The notes: generated by a model from the letters alone, not told the origin. Counted from the first letter of the stretch, positions 1-10,904 are shown. The stretch: DNA of 42,138 nt from Candidatus Omnitrophota bacterium (GCA_043822885.1 JBDRBI010000034.1:1-42138), one strand, 5' to 3'. Made by a program: numbers and translations.

Positions 1-50
1 ATCCAGACCGCTTACGTAGTCAGGTCTGGATTCAGGACAAGGTTTAAATT

Positions 51-82
51 ATAGAGATTGCTTCGCTACGCTCGCAATGACG
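51..82. repeat. Right half of a GTCATTGCGA...TCGCAATGAC palindromic element
   Basis: ATAGAGATTGCTTCGCTACGCTCGCAATGACG is identical to 12627-12658; a variant lies at 17104-17142. Confidence 0.85.
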
Positions 83-116
83 AGAGTGAGGATAAGGTTC
101 GAGTTAAGGAATGGTG

Positions 117-134
117 CCCCGGGCATGCCCGGGG
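117..134. repeat. Perfect 18-bp palindrome
   Basis: CCCCGGGCATGCCCGGGG. Confidence 0.6.
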
Positions 135-152
135 AGAACCAAAAATTTTTTC

Positions 153-181
153 TTGACAAACTTGGCGCGGGATGATATTCT
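153..181 (+). promoter_or_regulatory. Sigma70-type promoter for the sulfur operon
   Basis: TTGACA-17 bp-TATTCT with an extended TG. Confidence 0.7.
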
Positions 182-211
182 ACTTATTGTCTGCAGAGAA
201 ATAGGAGAATT

Positions 212-646
212 ATGCTTGTTGGAAAAACCAGTTACTATGTGTTGAAAGTTGTTCTATTTTTTGCGTTCAGCAAAAGGGATTCTTTTTCCATAAAAGAGAT
301 ATCTAAGAGATTGGAGGTCTCGGAAAAAATACTGGAGCAGGTGCTCCTACTACTAAAAAATAAAGGTATACTAGCGAGTAAAAGAGGACCTCAGGGTGGA
401 TATTGGCTTATCGCGGATATATCCGAGTGTACGCTTTTAGACGTTATGTACATGTCGGGAAGAAAATTCGATATTATGCCCATAAATGTTGAGGTCAAGG
501 AGAACATCATAGGGGAGATCGTTGAGGACATAACACTGGACCTGGAGAAGAAGATCGTTGAAGAATTTAAAAAAATAAAAATTAAAGATATATTGTTCTC
601 CATAAAGAAAAAAGTGACCAAAAAGGGTTTGAGTTATACCATATAG
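212..646 (+). CDS. Rrf2-family transcriptional regulator (CymR-like)
   Basis: wHTH 'IKEISKRLEVSEKILEQVL' and wing 'SKRGPQGGY'; no IscR Cys triad; heads the cys/met genes. Confidence 0.85.
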   Translation: MLVGKTSYYVLKVVLFFAFSKRDSFSIKEISKRLEVSEKILEQVLLLLKNKGILASKRGPQGGYWLIADISECTLLDVMYMSGRKFDIMPINVEVKENIIGEIVEDITLDLEKKIVEEFKKIKIKDILFSIKKKVTKKGLSYTI

Positions 647-664
647 TACGGTGAATAAGAAATA

Positions 665-788
665 GTCACCAGGTCACCAGTCACCTAGTCACCAGTAGGA
701 TAGAAGCGAGAGGCGAGAGGGTAGAAGGGAGAAAAAACATAGTAGATCGGTCAATCACTATGAACTACGAACTATGAACTATTAACTA
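665..788. repeat. Short tandem repeat cluster (GTCACCA/GTCACCTA, TAGAAGC/GAGAGGC and ACTATGA families)
   Basis: gtcaccaggtcaccagtcacctagtcaccag at 665-695; tagaagcgagaggcgagagggtagaagg at 701-728; actatgaactacgaactatgaactattaacta at 757-788. Confidence 0.85.
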
Positions 789-802
789 AACAGGAGGAAG
801 AA

Positions 803-2104
803 ATGAGCGGACAGAAATGGAATGCGGGAACGATCGGGCTGCATGGAGGATATACTCCTGAGGCAACGACGGGAGCGAGAGCCGTTCCCATATATCAGAC
901 AACATCTTACGTTTTTAAAGATACGGAAGACGCCGCCGATCTTTTTGCTTTGAAAAAATTCGGGAATATTTATTCCCGGATAATGAACCCCACTGTAGAC
1001 GTTCTGGAAAAACGAATTGCCGCGCTGGAGGGAGGTGCGGCTGCTTTGGGTACCGCTTCGGGACAAGCCGCTATCACTATCAGCGTATTGAACCTTGCTT
1101 CCTGTGGGGATGAAATCGTTTCTTCCGGAAGTTTATACGGAGGAACATACACTCTCTTTAGTTCAACGCTGCGTAAACTCGGCATCAATGTTAAATTTGT
1201 GGACTCTACGGATCCTGAAAATTTCCGTAAAGCCATAACAAAAAAAACTAAATTAGTATATGCGGAAACATTTGGAAATCCGAAGCTCGATACTCTTGAT
1301 ATAGAGAAAGTCGCTAAGATAGCGCATGAGAACGGGATACCTTTGGTAATAGATAACACCGTAGGAACGCCGTTTTTAGTTAATCCCATACGTTACGGGG
1401 CGGATATAGTCGTGCATTCTACGACCAAATACATAGGGGGAGCCGGGACTTCGATCGGAGGAGTTCTTGTAGATTCGGGTAAATTCAACTGGGCTAACGG
1501 GAATTTTCCGCAGTTCACCGAACCTGATCCCACTTATCATGGTGTAAAGTTCATGGAAAGTTTCGGTAATGTTCCCGGGATGGGGAATATCGCGTTTGCG
1601 ATAAGAGCGCGCGTAAGCCTCTTAAGAGATATGGGCGGATGCATGAGCCCTTTCAACGCGTTCTTATTTCTTCTGGGACTGGAAACGCTTCATCTGCGCA
1701 TGCCCAGACACAGTGAGAACGCTAAAGAAGTCGCGCTGTTCCTGGAAAAGCACAATAAAGTCACATGGGTAAATTACCCGGGACTTAAGAGTCATCCGCA
1801 GTATGCTCTGGCTGAGAAATATTTTAAGAACGGATGGTATTCCGGGATCCTTGGATTCGGAATAAAGGGAGGCTTAGAAGCGGGGAAGAAGTTCATAAAT
1901 TCATTAGAACTTTTCAGTCATCTCGCTAATATCGGTGATGCCAAGAGTTTGGCGATACACCCGTCTTCTACTACGCATCAGCAGCTTACACGTGAAGAAC
2001 AGGAAGAAGCCGGAGTTACCGAGGATTTCGTCAGATTATCCCTTGGGATAGAGGACATAAAAGATATAATCAAGGATCTGGAGCAAGCGCTTTCTAAGGT
2101 GTGA
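803..2104 (+). CDS. metY: O-acetylhomoserine aminocarboxypropyltransferase (sulfhydrylase)
   Basis: [19 protein letters not shown] Lys motif [26 protein letters not shown]; RBS AGGAGG. Confidence 0.93.
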   Translation: MSGQKWNAGTIGLHGGYTPEATTGARAVPIYQTTSYVFKDTEDAADLFALKKFGNIYSRIMNPTVDVLEKRIAALEGGAAALGTASGQAAITISVLNLASCGDEIVSSGSLYGGTYTLFSSTLRKLGINVKFVDSTDPENFRKAITKKTKLVYAETFGNPKLDTLDIEKVAKIAHENGIPLVIDNTVGTPFLVNPIRYGADIVVHSTTKYIGGAGTSIGGVLVDSGKFNWANGNFPQFTEPDPTYHGVKFMESFGNVPGMGNIAFAIRARVSLLRDMGGCMSPFNAFLFLLGLETLHLRMPRHSENAKEVALFLEKHNKVTWVNYPGLKSHPQYALAEKYFKNGWYSGILGFGIKGGLEAGKKFINSLELFSHLANIGDAKSLAIHPSSTTHQQLTREEQEEAGVTEDFVRLSLGIEDIKDIIKDLEQALSKV

Positions 2105-2167
2105 CCCGTGACCCGCCTGCCCCCGGAGGGGGTGTCCCGGGACACGGCCGAACAAGGGAGTTGGATG

Positions 2168-3100
2168 ATGAAAATTTATGATGATATTACTAAGACGACC
2201 GGTAACACGCCGCTGATACGGCTTAACAGGATAGGGTCAGACTTGCCCGGGAAAATTATCGTAAAGGCGGAGTTCTTTAATCCTTTATCCAGCGTTAAAG
2301 ATCGTATAGGAGTGGCTATGTTGAACGCGGCCGAAAAAGAAGGAAAAATAAAAAAAGGCACGGTTATAATAGAGCCGACCAGCGGGAATACGGGTATAGC
2401 TCTGGCGTTTGTAAGCGCAGCAAGGGGGTATAAACTGATACTCACGATGCCGGATACGATGAGTTCCGAGAGAAGGGCATTGCTCAGGATATTGGGAGCC
2501 GAGATCGTTCTTACTCCCGGAGAGAAAGGAATGAAGGGTGCGGTAGAAAAAGCCGAAGAACTGGTAAAAAATACCGAAAAAGCTTTTATGCCCCAGCAAT
2601 TTAATAACGAAGCGAACCCTGCCATTCACAGAGAAAACACCGCGCGGGAGATATGGGATGATACGGACGGTACCGTGGACATATTTGTAGCGGGAATCGG
2701 GACCGGCGGAACGATCACGGGTGTAGGAGAAATGCTTAAAGAGAAAGATCCCGGGATCAGGATCGTGGGCGTTGAACCTGAAGGTTCACCGGTTCTTTCC
2801 GGGGGAAATCCCGGTCCTCATAAGATACAAGGTATAGGCGCGGGTTTTATCCCTAAGGTCTTGAAAAAAGAGCTAATAGATGAGATAATAACGATCTCCG
2901 ACGAGGAAGCCGGAGAGTACGCGCGCAGACTTGCCAGAGAGGAAGGACTTTTAGTAGGCATATCCGGAGGAGCTAATGTCGCGGCAAGTATTCGCATTGC
3001 CGAAAGGAAAGAAAATAAAGGAAAGAATATTGTTACGATCCTCCCGGATGCCGGAGAAAGATATTTGAGTACGTGGCTTTTCGAGGGGTATCTGGACTAA
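2168..3100 (+). CDS. cysK: Cysteine synthase A
   Basis: [42 protein letters not shown]; start moved to ATG 2165/2168 after GGGAG because the ORF-track N-terminus runs through a hairpin. Confidence 0.95.
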   Translation: MKIYDDITKTTGNTPLIRLNRIGSDLPGKIIVKAEFFNPLSSVKDRIGVAMLNAAEKEGKIKKGTVIIEPTSGNTGIALAFVSAARGYKLILTMPDTMSSERRALLRILGAEIVLTPGEKGMKGAVEKAEELVKNTEKAFMPQQFNNEANPAIHRENTAREIWDDTDGTVDIFVAGIGTGGTITGVGEMLKEKDPGIRIVGVEPEGSPVLSGGNPGPHKIQGIGAGFIPKVLKKELIDEIITISDEEAGEYARRLAREEGLLVGISGGANVAASIRIAERKENKGKNIVTILPDAGERYLSTWLFEGYLD

Positions 3101-3175
3101 AAGTTTTTCTCGGGCTTTCGGACGGCGGCAAGACTTCAGGATGCGTGAAAATATCGATCCAACAAGATCTCAGGG

Positions 3176-4330
3176 ATGATAATGACTAAAAAAGATAAAA
3201 CTAAAAGTGTAGGCGAGGCAGAAACAAAATATTACAATCTGCCTAACGGTAAAGAATTTGTCCTGGAAAGCGGAATAAAACTTAAAGGCCTTAAAATAGC
3301 TTATGAGACTTACGGAAAGCTAAATAAAGAAGCTTCAAATGCTATCCTCATCTGCCACGCGCTTTCCGGGGACGCTCATGTTGCCGGCTATCATTCGGGA
3401 GAAAAGAAGCCCGGGTGGTGGGAAGATATGGTAGGACCGGAGAAAGCGTTTGATACCGATAAATATTTTGTGATATGTTCTAATGTAATAGGCGGATGCA
3501 AAGGTTCCAGCGGTCCGAATTCAATAGATCCTTCCACAGGTAAACCTTACGGACTTAGTTTTCCGATCGTGTCAATTAAAGATATGGTGAATGCTCAGAA
3601 AGAACTGGTCGAGCAGCTAGGCATTAAGAAACTGCTTTCAGTATGCGGCGGATCTATGGGCGGTATGCAGGCTCTACAATGGTCGGTATTGTACCCCGAG
3701 ATCACTTTTTCCTGCATTCCTATCGCGACGACCTATAAACACTCGGCACAGCAAATAGCCTTTGATGAAGTGGGAAGACAGGCCATAATGTCCGACCCGG
3801 CATGGAATGGAGGGGATTATTACGAGAAAGAGCATCCTTCGGCCGGACTTGCGGTAGCGCGCATGATAGGACATATAACGTACATGAGCAATAGTTCTAT
3901 GGAACAAAAATTCGGACGTATGCTTAAAAAAGAGAAACTCGGATATGAGTTTTCCGCCGATTTTGAAGTAGAGGGATATTTGCGCTACAGGGGCGACAGT
4001 TTTGTTAAACGATTTGACGCCAATTCTTACCTTTATATCACCAAGGCAATGGATTATTTTGATCTGCAGAGTAAGGGAAGCCTGCAGCAGGCATTTAAAG
4101 GCGTTAAGACCCGGTTTTTGATCATTGCGTTCAGCTCGGATTGGATATATCCGCCTTTTCAGTCGAAGGAGATCCTGAAAGCCCTTAAGATGAACGGTAT
4201 AGATGTTACTCATTGCGAGATCAGCTCGGATTACGGACATGACGCGTTTCTTCTGGAATTTGAAGAAGAAACCAAACTGATAAAACATTTTTTAACAAGC
4301 ACAAAAAAGAAATTGGATAAAGAAATATGA
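3176..4330 (+). CDS. metX: Homoserine O-acetyltransferase
   Basis: CHALSGD, nucleophile [21 protein letters not shown]. Confidence 0.93.
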   Translation: MIMTKKDKTKSVGEAETKYYNLPNGKEFVLESGIKLKGLKIAYETYGKLNKEASNAILICHALSGDAHVAGYHSGEKKPGWWEDMVGPEKAFDTDKYFVICSNVIGGCKGSSGPNSIDPSTGKPYGLSFPIVSIKDMVNAQKELVEQLGIKKLLSVCGGSMGGMQALQWSVLYPEITFSCIPIATTYKHSAQQIAFDEVGRQAIMSDPAWNGGDYYEKEHPSAGLAVARMIGHITYMSNSSMEQKFGRMLKKEKLGYEFSADFEVEGYLRYRGDSFVKRFDANSYLYITKAMDYFDLQSKGSLQQAFKGVKTRFLIIAFSSDWIYPPFQSKEILKALKMNGIDVTHCEISSDYGHDAFLLEFEEETKLIKHFLTSTKKKLDKEI

Positions 4331-4929
4331 CCGGTAAAATAAAAGAAGAATTAAGATTAGACCATAAGATCATCGGTGAAATGGTGGAAGCCGGATCAAG
4401 GGTGATAGATATGGGCTGCGGAGACGGAGACCTTTTGGAATATCTTGTTTTAAATAAAAAAGTGGATGGGACTGGGGTCGAGATAAACGAAAGAGCCATC
4501 TATCAATGTGTAGAGAAGGGACTCAGCGTGTCACACGGAGATATCGATTCGGGTCTTAAGGAATATCCGGAGGATGTTTTTGATTATGTGATATTTAATC
4601 AGACAATGCAGCAAATACATAGACCCAAAGAGGCTATACTTGAGGCGCTGAGAATAGGGGCCAAAGTTATAATAGGGTTCCCCAACTTTTGTTATCTAAA
4701 CGCGCGCATTCAGCTCTTTTTCAAAGGACATGTGCCCGTAACTCCTTCTTTGCCTTATTCCTGGTATGATACTCCCAATCTTCATTTCCTGAGCATAAAA
4801 GATTTTAAACGGTTCTGCCAAAAACAAGGTATAAAAGTAGAGAAGAGTGTTTTTCTCAATGAAAAAGGCAAGATCAGGATCCTTCCGAATCTTTTTGCGC
4901 TGAACGCTATCTTTCAGATATCGAAATAA
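4327..4929 (+). CDS. metW: Methionine biosynthesis protein MetW
   Basis: SAM motif [19 protein letters not shown]; ATGA overlap with metX. Confidence 0.9.
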   Translation: MTGKIKEELRLDHKIIGEMVEAGSRVIDMGCGDGDLLEYLVLNKKVDGTGVEINERAIYQCVEKGLSVSHGDIDSGLKEYPEDVFDYVIFNQTMQQIHRPKEAILEALRIGAKVIIGFPNFCYLNARIQLFFKGHVPVTPSLPYSWYDTPNLHFLSIKDFKRFCQKQGIKVEKSVFLNEKGKIRILPNLFALNAIFQISK

Positions 4930-4938
4930 GACAGGGTT

Positions 4939-7900
4939 ATGCAGACCGATACATTCCAAAAACATTATAACTTACTGAACAGCGAACAGAGAGACGCCGT
5001 AGATACGATCGATGGTCCTCTTCTTGTTCTTGCGGGACCGGGTACGGGCAAGACACAGCTTTTATCGGTACGCGCCGCAAACATCCTTAAAAAGACGGAA
5101 GTCCTTCCCGAGAACATATTAATACTTACATTTACGAATGCCGCGGCTAGAAATATGCGAGAAAGGCTTGCCGGGATCCTGGGGTATGACGGATACAATG
5201 TTGTAGTGGAAACCTTTCATAGTTTCGCGAATTCAATAGTATTGGAGTCGGAAGGGGCGATAAAATATGTCAAAGATAAAATAGAGATAAACGAAGTAGA
5301 AAAAGTAAGGGCTTTCGAATATATTTTAGACAACATAAAGGGAGTAGAAGCGCTAAGACCGTTTGGGGCGCCGTACATACACCGCAGGGAGATCGAAAAA
5401 AGAATAAGCGAGCTGAAGAACGAAGGTATAGCACCCGAAGAGTTTAAGAATAGTCTGAAGAACATTAAAGCGGATGGAATTATTCTTGAGGATAAACACA
5501 TTGAACGTTTAAAGGCTTTGTCCGCAACATATGAGACATACGAAAAACTTAAAGATGAAGACTCTTCTGTGCTTTTTGATGAGAGGGGACGCAGAGATTA
5601 TGACGATATGATACTTATCGCTATAGATGTGCTGAGGGAGGACCCTCTTGTTAGAAAAGCATTTACCGAACAATTCAAATACATAATGATAGACGAATTT
5701 CAGGATACAAACGGCGCTCAGCTTAAACTGTTGTTCCATCTCCTTGGGCAGGAAAAGAATAATCTTTGCTGCGTAGGGGACGATGACCAGTCAATTTTTA
5801 GGTTTCAAGGCGCGACGCTTTCTAATTTTCGGGATATTGAGAAAAAACTACCCTCTTTGAAAACGATAATCCTTAAAGACAATTATAGGTCCTGTGAGGA
5901 AATAATAAGGCTTTCGGATAAAATAATATCTCAGTTACCTCCTAACGAACGTATAGATATAAAAGAGCTTAGAAGTAAGCGCAAATACAAGAATAGAGCA
6001 ACGCGGTTTTTAGAGTTTTCTACGGAAGAAGAGGAGCTTTTATTTTTGACGGGTGAGGTAGAGCGTCAAGCGGAGCTGATGCGCGCGGATGATTCTCTCA
6101 GCGAAGAAGAAAGAAAGAACCCTTTTAACAATATGGCCGTACTTGTCAGGAAAAGAGCCCAGATACTGAAGATCATTGATATGTTCCTTAAGGCGGGAAT
6201 CCCTTACGCTACGGACGGGGAGGAGGATATTCGCGGAGAAAAACGCGTAAAACAGATGTTGGATGTACTTCACTTGGCCGGGGCTTATTCGGAAAGAGAC
6301 CAAAGCAGAGACATAGTATTGTACCGGATATTGGTTTCGGATTACTTCAATATACCTCATACGGACGTTATTAACTTTGTGGGCTTTGTAGCTAAAAAGA
6401 AAAAAACGGCACACAAGGACAATATAGGTAAAAATAAAACAATAGATCTATTTCAGGAATTTCAGGCACAGTTCGGGATCTTTGAAAAAGATATGAACGG
6501 AGAGGCCGTCTTTCCGACAAAAAAAATATCCGAAGGGCTTTCCATACAAAAAGAGCTGGAGTTCAAAGATCCGCATGCTTTGCATAAAGCCGGATGGGCC
6601 ATTACCAGACTCGTCGTAGACGCAGGGAACAGGCCTGTACATGATCTCGTAATGCGGTATATCGAAGATACGGGCTTGTACCGGTTCATTCTCAAACGGT
6701 ACGAAAATGACAAAGTTCTAAGAGTCAGAGAATTCAGGGCGCTTACATCTTTTGTGACCGCTATTAAGAAAGCGGATCTGGCGGATCCGGCTTTGAGGCT
6801 GGACGACTTTATTAAAGAACTTAATCTGCGAGATATGCATAATATGCCTATAAGAGGAGAGCTGGCAACATTTACTCAGGACGGAGTAAGGATCTATACC
6901 TCTCACAAGTCCAAGGGGCTTGAGTTTTACACTGTTTTTGTTCCGTTTTGTCTGCAGGGTAAAAGCTGGCCGATAAGAAAAAAAGCGGATACCATTCCTC
7001 TTCCTCCGGAGATCTACAAAATCAAGGAAAAGGCGGAAGACAAAAATAAACTTAAGTTACTGGATCTTTATGATGAAACGCGTTTATTTTATGTGGCGTC
7101 AACCAGAGCAAAAGCGAATTTATTCTATACGGCCACACCCAAAGAAAAAGTCATTGCGAGTCCCTTTTTGGGAAAAATGGGGCTTCCCGTGGAAAAAGGG
7201 ATGCCGGCAGATGAAGAAAAATTTTTAATAAAAGTTTTAAGGACAAAGAGGTCCGAAGATACATTCCTAGGCATGGAAGGTGTACTAAAAGACATTATCT
7301 CTGATCTTACCATAAACCCTACGAGTCTCAATAATTACATATCCTGTAAAAGGAAATTTTTGTACGATAATGTATTGAGATTGCCGGGCAGGAAAAACCA
7401 GCATCTAACCTTTGGTAATTGCGCTCATGAAGCACTGGAAGAGGTCTATGAGGAATTTATGGACAAAAAAAGTTTTCCGTCATTTGCGTTCTTTAAAAAT
7501 ACCTTTCTGACGGAATTGGAATATCAGGGGGTAAGTGACGAAATAAAAATATGGTGCAAAGACCGCCTCAATACACTTGAGAAATGGTATGATATAGAGA
7601 AAATACATCCGATAATGCCGATAGCGCTGGAAAATAAACTTGAAATATCCATCAAGGGAGGTCCGTATTTTAGAGGAACTTTCGATAAAATAGAAAAAGA
7701 CGGGGAGAACATGATAAGGGTAGTAGACTACAAGACCGGCAAGCCCGACAAACATGTGAAGGCGATCGAAGAATGCCGGGACATAGAGAGTTCTGAATGC
7801 GATGATTATTACCGTCAGCTCGTAGCCTATAAGATGCTGTATGAGCGTTCGGGTGTTGATAAAGACGGCAGGAAGGTAAGAAGCGGAGTGCTTCAGTTTT

Positions 7901-8121
7901 TAGAACCGGTAGGACGAGAAGTAAAAAAGTACGACCTCAGAAAAGGGGAATATAAGAACATAAGCCTAGAACTTACGGATGATATGGTCGAGAGTTTGGA
8001 AAAACTGATAGTAAACTGTTGGAAAAACATACAATCTCTTGATTTCGAGAAATTGAAAGAAAGAGACAGTAAGGATAAATGCGTAAGATGCGAGTACGAT
8101 AGTATTTGTTGGGAAGGGTAG
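4939..8121 (+). CDS. UvrD/PcrA-family SF1 helicase fused to a C-terminal PD-(D/E)XK nuclease
   Basis: AGPGTGKT, IDEFQD, VGDDDQSIFRFQGA, NYRS, HKSKGLEF, RLFYVASTRAK; nuclease GTFDKIE...VVDYKTG, QLVAY; Cys ...CxxCxxxxxC. Confidence 0.9.
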   Translation: MQTDTFQKHYNLLNSEQRDAVDTIDGPLLVLAGPGTGKTQLLSVRAANILKKTEVLPENILILTFTNAAARNMRERLAGILGYDGYNVVVETFHSFANSIVLESEGAIKYVKDKIEINEVEKVRAFEYILDNIKGVEALRPFGAPYIHRREIEKRISELKNEGIAPEEFKNSLKNIKADGIILEDKHIERLKALSATYETYEKLKDEDSSVLFDERGRRDYDDMILIAIDVLREDPLVRKAFTEQFKYIMIDEFQDTNGAQLKLLFHLLGQEKNNLCCVGDDDQSIFRFQGATLSNFRDIEKKLPSLKTIILKDNYRSCEEIIRLSDKIISQLPPNERIDIKELRSKRKYKNRATRFLEFSTEEEELLFLTGEVERQAELMRADDSLSEEERKNPFNNMAVLVRKRAQILKIIDMFLKAGIPYATDGEEDIRGEKRVKQMLDVLHLAGAYSERDQSRDIVLYRILVSDYFNIPHTDVINFVGFVAKKKKTAHKDNIGKNKTIDLFQEFQAQFGIFEKDMNGEAVFPTKKISEGLSIQKELEFKDPHALHKAGWAITRLVVDAGNRPVHDLVMRYIEDTGLYRFILKRYENDKVLRVREFRALTSFVTAIKKADLADPALRLDDFIKELNLRDMHNMPIRGELATFTQDGVRIYTSHKSKGLEFYTVFVPFCLQGKSWPIRKKADTIPLPPEIYKIKEKAEDKNKLKLLDLYDETRLFYVASTRAKANLFYTATPKEKVIASPFLGKMGLPVEKGMPADEEKFLIKVLRTKRSEDTFLGMEGVLKDIISDLTINPTSLNNYISCKRKFLYDNVLRLPGRKNQHLTFGNCAHEALEEVYEEFMDKKSFPSFAFFKNTFLTELEYQGVSDEIKIWCKDRLNTLEKWYDIEKIHPIMPIALENKLEISIKGGPYFRGTFDKIEKDGENMIRVVDYKTGKPDKHVKAIEECRDIESSECDDYYRQLVAYKMLYERSGVDKDGRKVRSGVLQFLEPVGREVKKYDLRKGEYKNISLELTDDMVESLEKLIVNCWKNIQSLDFEKLKERDSKDKCVRCEYDSICWEG

Positions 8122-8123
8122 TG

Positions 8124-8380
8124 CGAGAGGCGAGAGCAGAAAAAAAGTCACCCCCGGCTGCCTTCTTTTGGGGCATATGGCCGGGGCAGGCAGGTCACCT
8201 AGTCACCAGTCACCAGGTCACCGTGGGATAAAGCTAGAAAATATAAGCTCTTGAGTTTGTCGTTATGAGTCCATGTTTTCTGGGTATAGCGTTTAGAGCT
8301 CAGCATTTTTGTCTTTTGTCTATCTTCTAGTTTCTCGCATCTATCTTACTGGTGACTAGGTGACCGGTGACTAGGTGACA
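8124..8380. repeat. Intergenic inverted bracket of GTCACCA arrays with an inserted GC-rich palindromic module
   Basis: GTCACC arrays at 8147-8222 and TGGTGAC arrays at 8349-8379; module 8147-8195 is the reverse complement of 29888-29937. Confidence 0.85.
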
Positions 8381-8447
8381 CAACTAACGTAGTTTATATT
8401 TGTGTAATGTGAGTACGATATTGAAATGTAGGCGGGAGGGAGATGTT

Positions 8448-9458
8448 ATGGAGAAGAGATTTATTCAGGATATTAAGGTTAATGAACAGATCGACTCTGT
8501 TTTCATGCTTAGGAAAAAGAATCTGAAACTTACAAAATACGACAAACCTTATTTAGAAATAGGACTTTCCGACAAGACCGGGAAGATAGAAGGGCGCCTG
8601 TGGGATGACGCGCATAAATATAACGAAGTAGCGGAGACCGGTGATGTTATCAGGGTACGCGGGACGGTAGACAAATATCGCGAGGAAAAGCAAATTAAAG
8701 TTGATGCTATCGATAAAGCGGACGACCGGTCATATAAGTACGAGGACATGGTCCGTGTCGCGGAAAACAGGGATAAAATACTGAACAATATCAACACTTA
8801 TCTCAAGGCCATAAAAAATCCATGGATACTTGCTCTTGCGGAAAAATTTCTAGAGGATAAGGATCTTATTCATGCTTTCGAAGAAGGAGTAGGGGGGAAA
8901 AGCTGGCATAACGCGTATATCGGCGGATTAATGGAACACACGTATGAAGTTATGTACATTTCGGATAAAATATGCGAGTTATATCCCGACGCGGACAGAG
9001 ATGTGGCCGTTTTCGGAGCATTTGTTCACGACATAGGAAAAGTCAAAGAGATCGATCCTCGGAAATTAGAATATACGTCCGAAGGAGGGCTCCTTGGACA
9101 TATAGCTATAGGTTATCAGATATTGAGCGAGAAGATGACGGATATCAAGGATTTTCCGGAAGATCTCAAACTTCGCTTGGGTCATATTATTTTGAGCCAT
9201 CACGGAGAATATGAACAGCAGTCTCCGGTTTTGCCTAAGACGCTGGAATCTACCATAGTTTATCAAACGGATGAGCTGGTATCCCAGACCAATGCCGTTA
9301 AAGAGATACAAGTAAATCAAGCCGAAGAGGGCAAAGTTTGGAGCGATTTCGTTTTTATAAAAAACCGTAAATATTTTATTAAAAAAGCTGAAGATGAAGA
9401 TTGGAAACAAAACCCCGATGAAGAGAAGCCCTCTCCCGAAGATCTGTTTGGTGAATAA
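8448..9458 (+). CDS. yhaM: 3'-5' exoribonuclease YhaM/Cbf1 family (OB-fold + HD)
   Basis: N-terminal OB fold (DKTGKIEGRLWD), WHNAYIGGLMEHT, HDIGK, SHHG; ATG 8448 after GGAGGGAG. Confidence 0.85.
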   Translation: MEKRFIQDIKVNEQIDSVFMLRKKNLKLTKYDKPYLEIGLSDKTGKIEGRLWDDAHKYNEVAETGDVIRVRGTVDKYREEKQIKVDAIDKADDRSYKYEDMVRVAENRDKILNNINTYLKAIKNPWILALAEKFLEDKDLIHAFEEGVGGKSWHNAYIGGLMEHTYEVMYISDKICELYPDADRDVAVFGAFVHDIGKVKEIDPRKLEYTSEGGLLGHIAIGYQILSEKMTDIKDFPEDLKLRLGHIILSHHGEYEQQSPVLPKTLESTIVYQTDELVSQTNAVKEIQVNQAEEGKVWSDFVFIKNRKYFIKKAEDEDWKQNPDEEKPSPEDLFGE

Positions 9459-9460
9459 GT

Positions 9461-9873
9461 AACAGTTTAAAAGTCTAAGGTCTTTAAAAAGTCACCAGTC
9501 ACCAGGTCACCTAGTCACCAGTTTATAGATGCGAGAAGATAGAGAGTAGAGGGGAAACGTAAAAAAAGTCACCTAGTCACCAGTCACCTAGTCACCAGTT
9601 TATAGATGCGAGAAGCGAGCGGATAGAGAGAGTCACAGAGTCATCGTTCGCTTCGCTCTCTAGAGTCAATATTTTGCCGCTGACTCTTTGCCTCTCTGAC
9701 CCTCTGACTCTTATTCCCCGCATCAGTCGATCACTCATAACTCTGAACTCTCTCGCATCTCGCTTCTAACTTCATTTTTTTATTCAACTGGTGACTATGT
9801 GACTAGGTGACTGGTGATTTGCGGGTTAAAACCCGCACTACATTCTGGTGACTAGGTGACTGGTAACTAGGTC
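9461..9873. repeat. Composite nested repeat region between convergent genes
   Basis: Two GTCACC arrays (33-bp exact duplication 9506-9538 / 9583-9615), AGAGTCA/TGACTCT 8-mers, two TGGTGAC arrays; 9638-9689 matches the reverse complement of 29815-29867. Confidence 0.9.
9820..9841 (-). repeat. GTAG-type REP
   Basis: Minus strand GTAG-TGCGGGTT-TT-AACCCGCA. Confidence 0.7.
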
Positions 9874-9884
9874 AAGTTTCAATT

Positions 9885-10811
9885 TTACGGTGAGACTTTG
9901 ACTTCGTCGATATATGCGAATCCTGAGTAGGGCATACCGTTAGAGGTAATCCTTAACGCGATCTTGCGGATGTCTTTCCTGAAAGCGTCATCAATTTTCG
10001 TTCTTTTCCAATCGATACTGCCTTCGGAAATATCAGCGGTTATTGTCGTCCATTTTCCGGGGATGAGCTTCACAGTGTGAGACATTTCCACAAAATTCCA
10101 AGTATCGCTTGTTGTCAAAATAATTTCCCCGCGCAGGCGATCTGTCGCGTCCGGTGGAAGATAAATTTTTGCCGATATAGTCCTATATTCGCTCAGATCC
10201 AAATAACGCTGGTTTTCGATAAGAGCCGCGGACCATATTCCGGGAATAAATTCGGCATAGATCCTTGCGCTGCTTTTTCCCGAGCTTGAAATGTTACTTA
10301 CGGATTCCAAGGATACCGCCACATGATCCGGTTTTTCAGTGGCCCAAAAAGGTATTTCCCATCCATCATCACCGTTCTCAAAATCGTAAAGGACGGTCTC
10401 TTTTCCGGATATCTCCGGAAAGGGGAGGGATAAGCTTGTGGTCATAATACCGGGGACTACTGCCTTCTGCACGTCCTGCGCGACGTTGACCGGAGTTGTC
10501 TCGAGGTTTACGCTGAATATCAGGCGCTCATGCGCTAAAAACCAGATTATAGAAAGTACCAGCCCCGCGAGGAGCGCAACAGTAATGAAAAAAGGCCGCA
10601 ATCTTCCCATGACCACTACCGCATCTACGAGAAAAGATCTAAATTTTCTGGAAGACCTTTTTTTGTGATCTTTTTCCGCGGGAGCTTGGGAGTTTTTTGG
10701 CGCGGAGAGAGAAACTCCTTTGAGGTCGATGGTACGCAACGTATTTCCAAAATACGTTTTAGAAAGCTCTTCATCAATTTTGTCGCGGGTTCTGCTTTTA
10801 TTCATGGACAT
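9885..10811 (-). CDS. Bitopic membrane protein with a C-terminal galactose-binding-like/CBM beta-sandwich domain
   Basis: Basic N-terminal tail, one TM (FFITVALLAGLVLSIIWFL), 'VLYDFENGDDGW', 'LDLSEY', 'GKWTTITAD', 'YIDEVKV' typical of Ca-binding CBM jelly-rolls. Confidence 0.7.
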   Translation of the reverse strand: MSMNKSRTRDKIDEELSKTYFGNTLRTIDLKGVSLSAPKNSQAPAEKDHKKRSSRKFRSFLVDAVVVMGRLRPFFITVALLAGLVLSIIWFLAHERLIFSVNLETTPVNVAQDVQKAVVPGIMTTSLSLPFPEISGKETVLYDFENGDDGWEIPFWATEKPDHVAVSLESVSNISSSGKSSARIYAEFIPGIWSAALIENQRYLDLSEYRTISAKIYLPPDATDRLRGEIILTTSDTWNFVEMSHTVKLIPGKWTTITADISEGSIDWKRTKIDDAFRKDIRKIALRITSNGMPYSGFAYIDEVKVSP

Positions 10812-10876
10812 ATTTTAACATAATACCGCAAGTGTGGATACAGAAATCCGCACTCCATTAAAATGGTTATTTTTAT

Positions 10877-10904
10877 TTGCAGCATCATGATAATATGATA
10901 TAAT
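10877..10904 (+). promoter_or_regulatory. Sigma70-type promoter for parA-CBM
   Basis: TTGCAG-16 bp-TATAAT with an extended TG. Confidence 0.55.

Noticed and set aside
647-802. SAM riboswitch or T-box ahead of the met genes (also checked 3101-3175)
   Set aside because: No consensus motifs seen; this gap is filled by tandem repeats
2108-2164. N-terminal extension of CysK in the ORF track
   Set aside because: It overlaps a GC-rich hairpin (about 2106-2147); RBS and family homology begin at ATG 2165/2168
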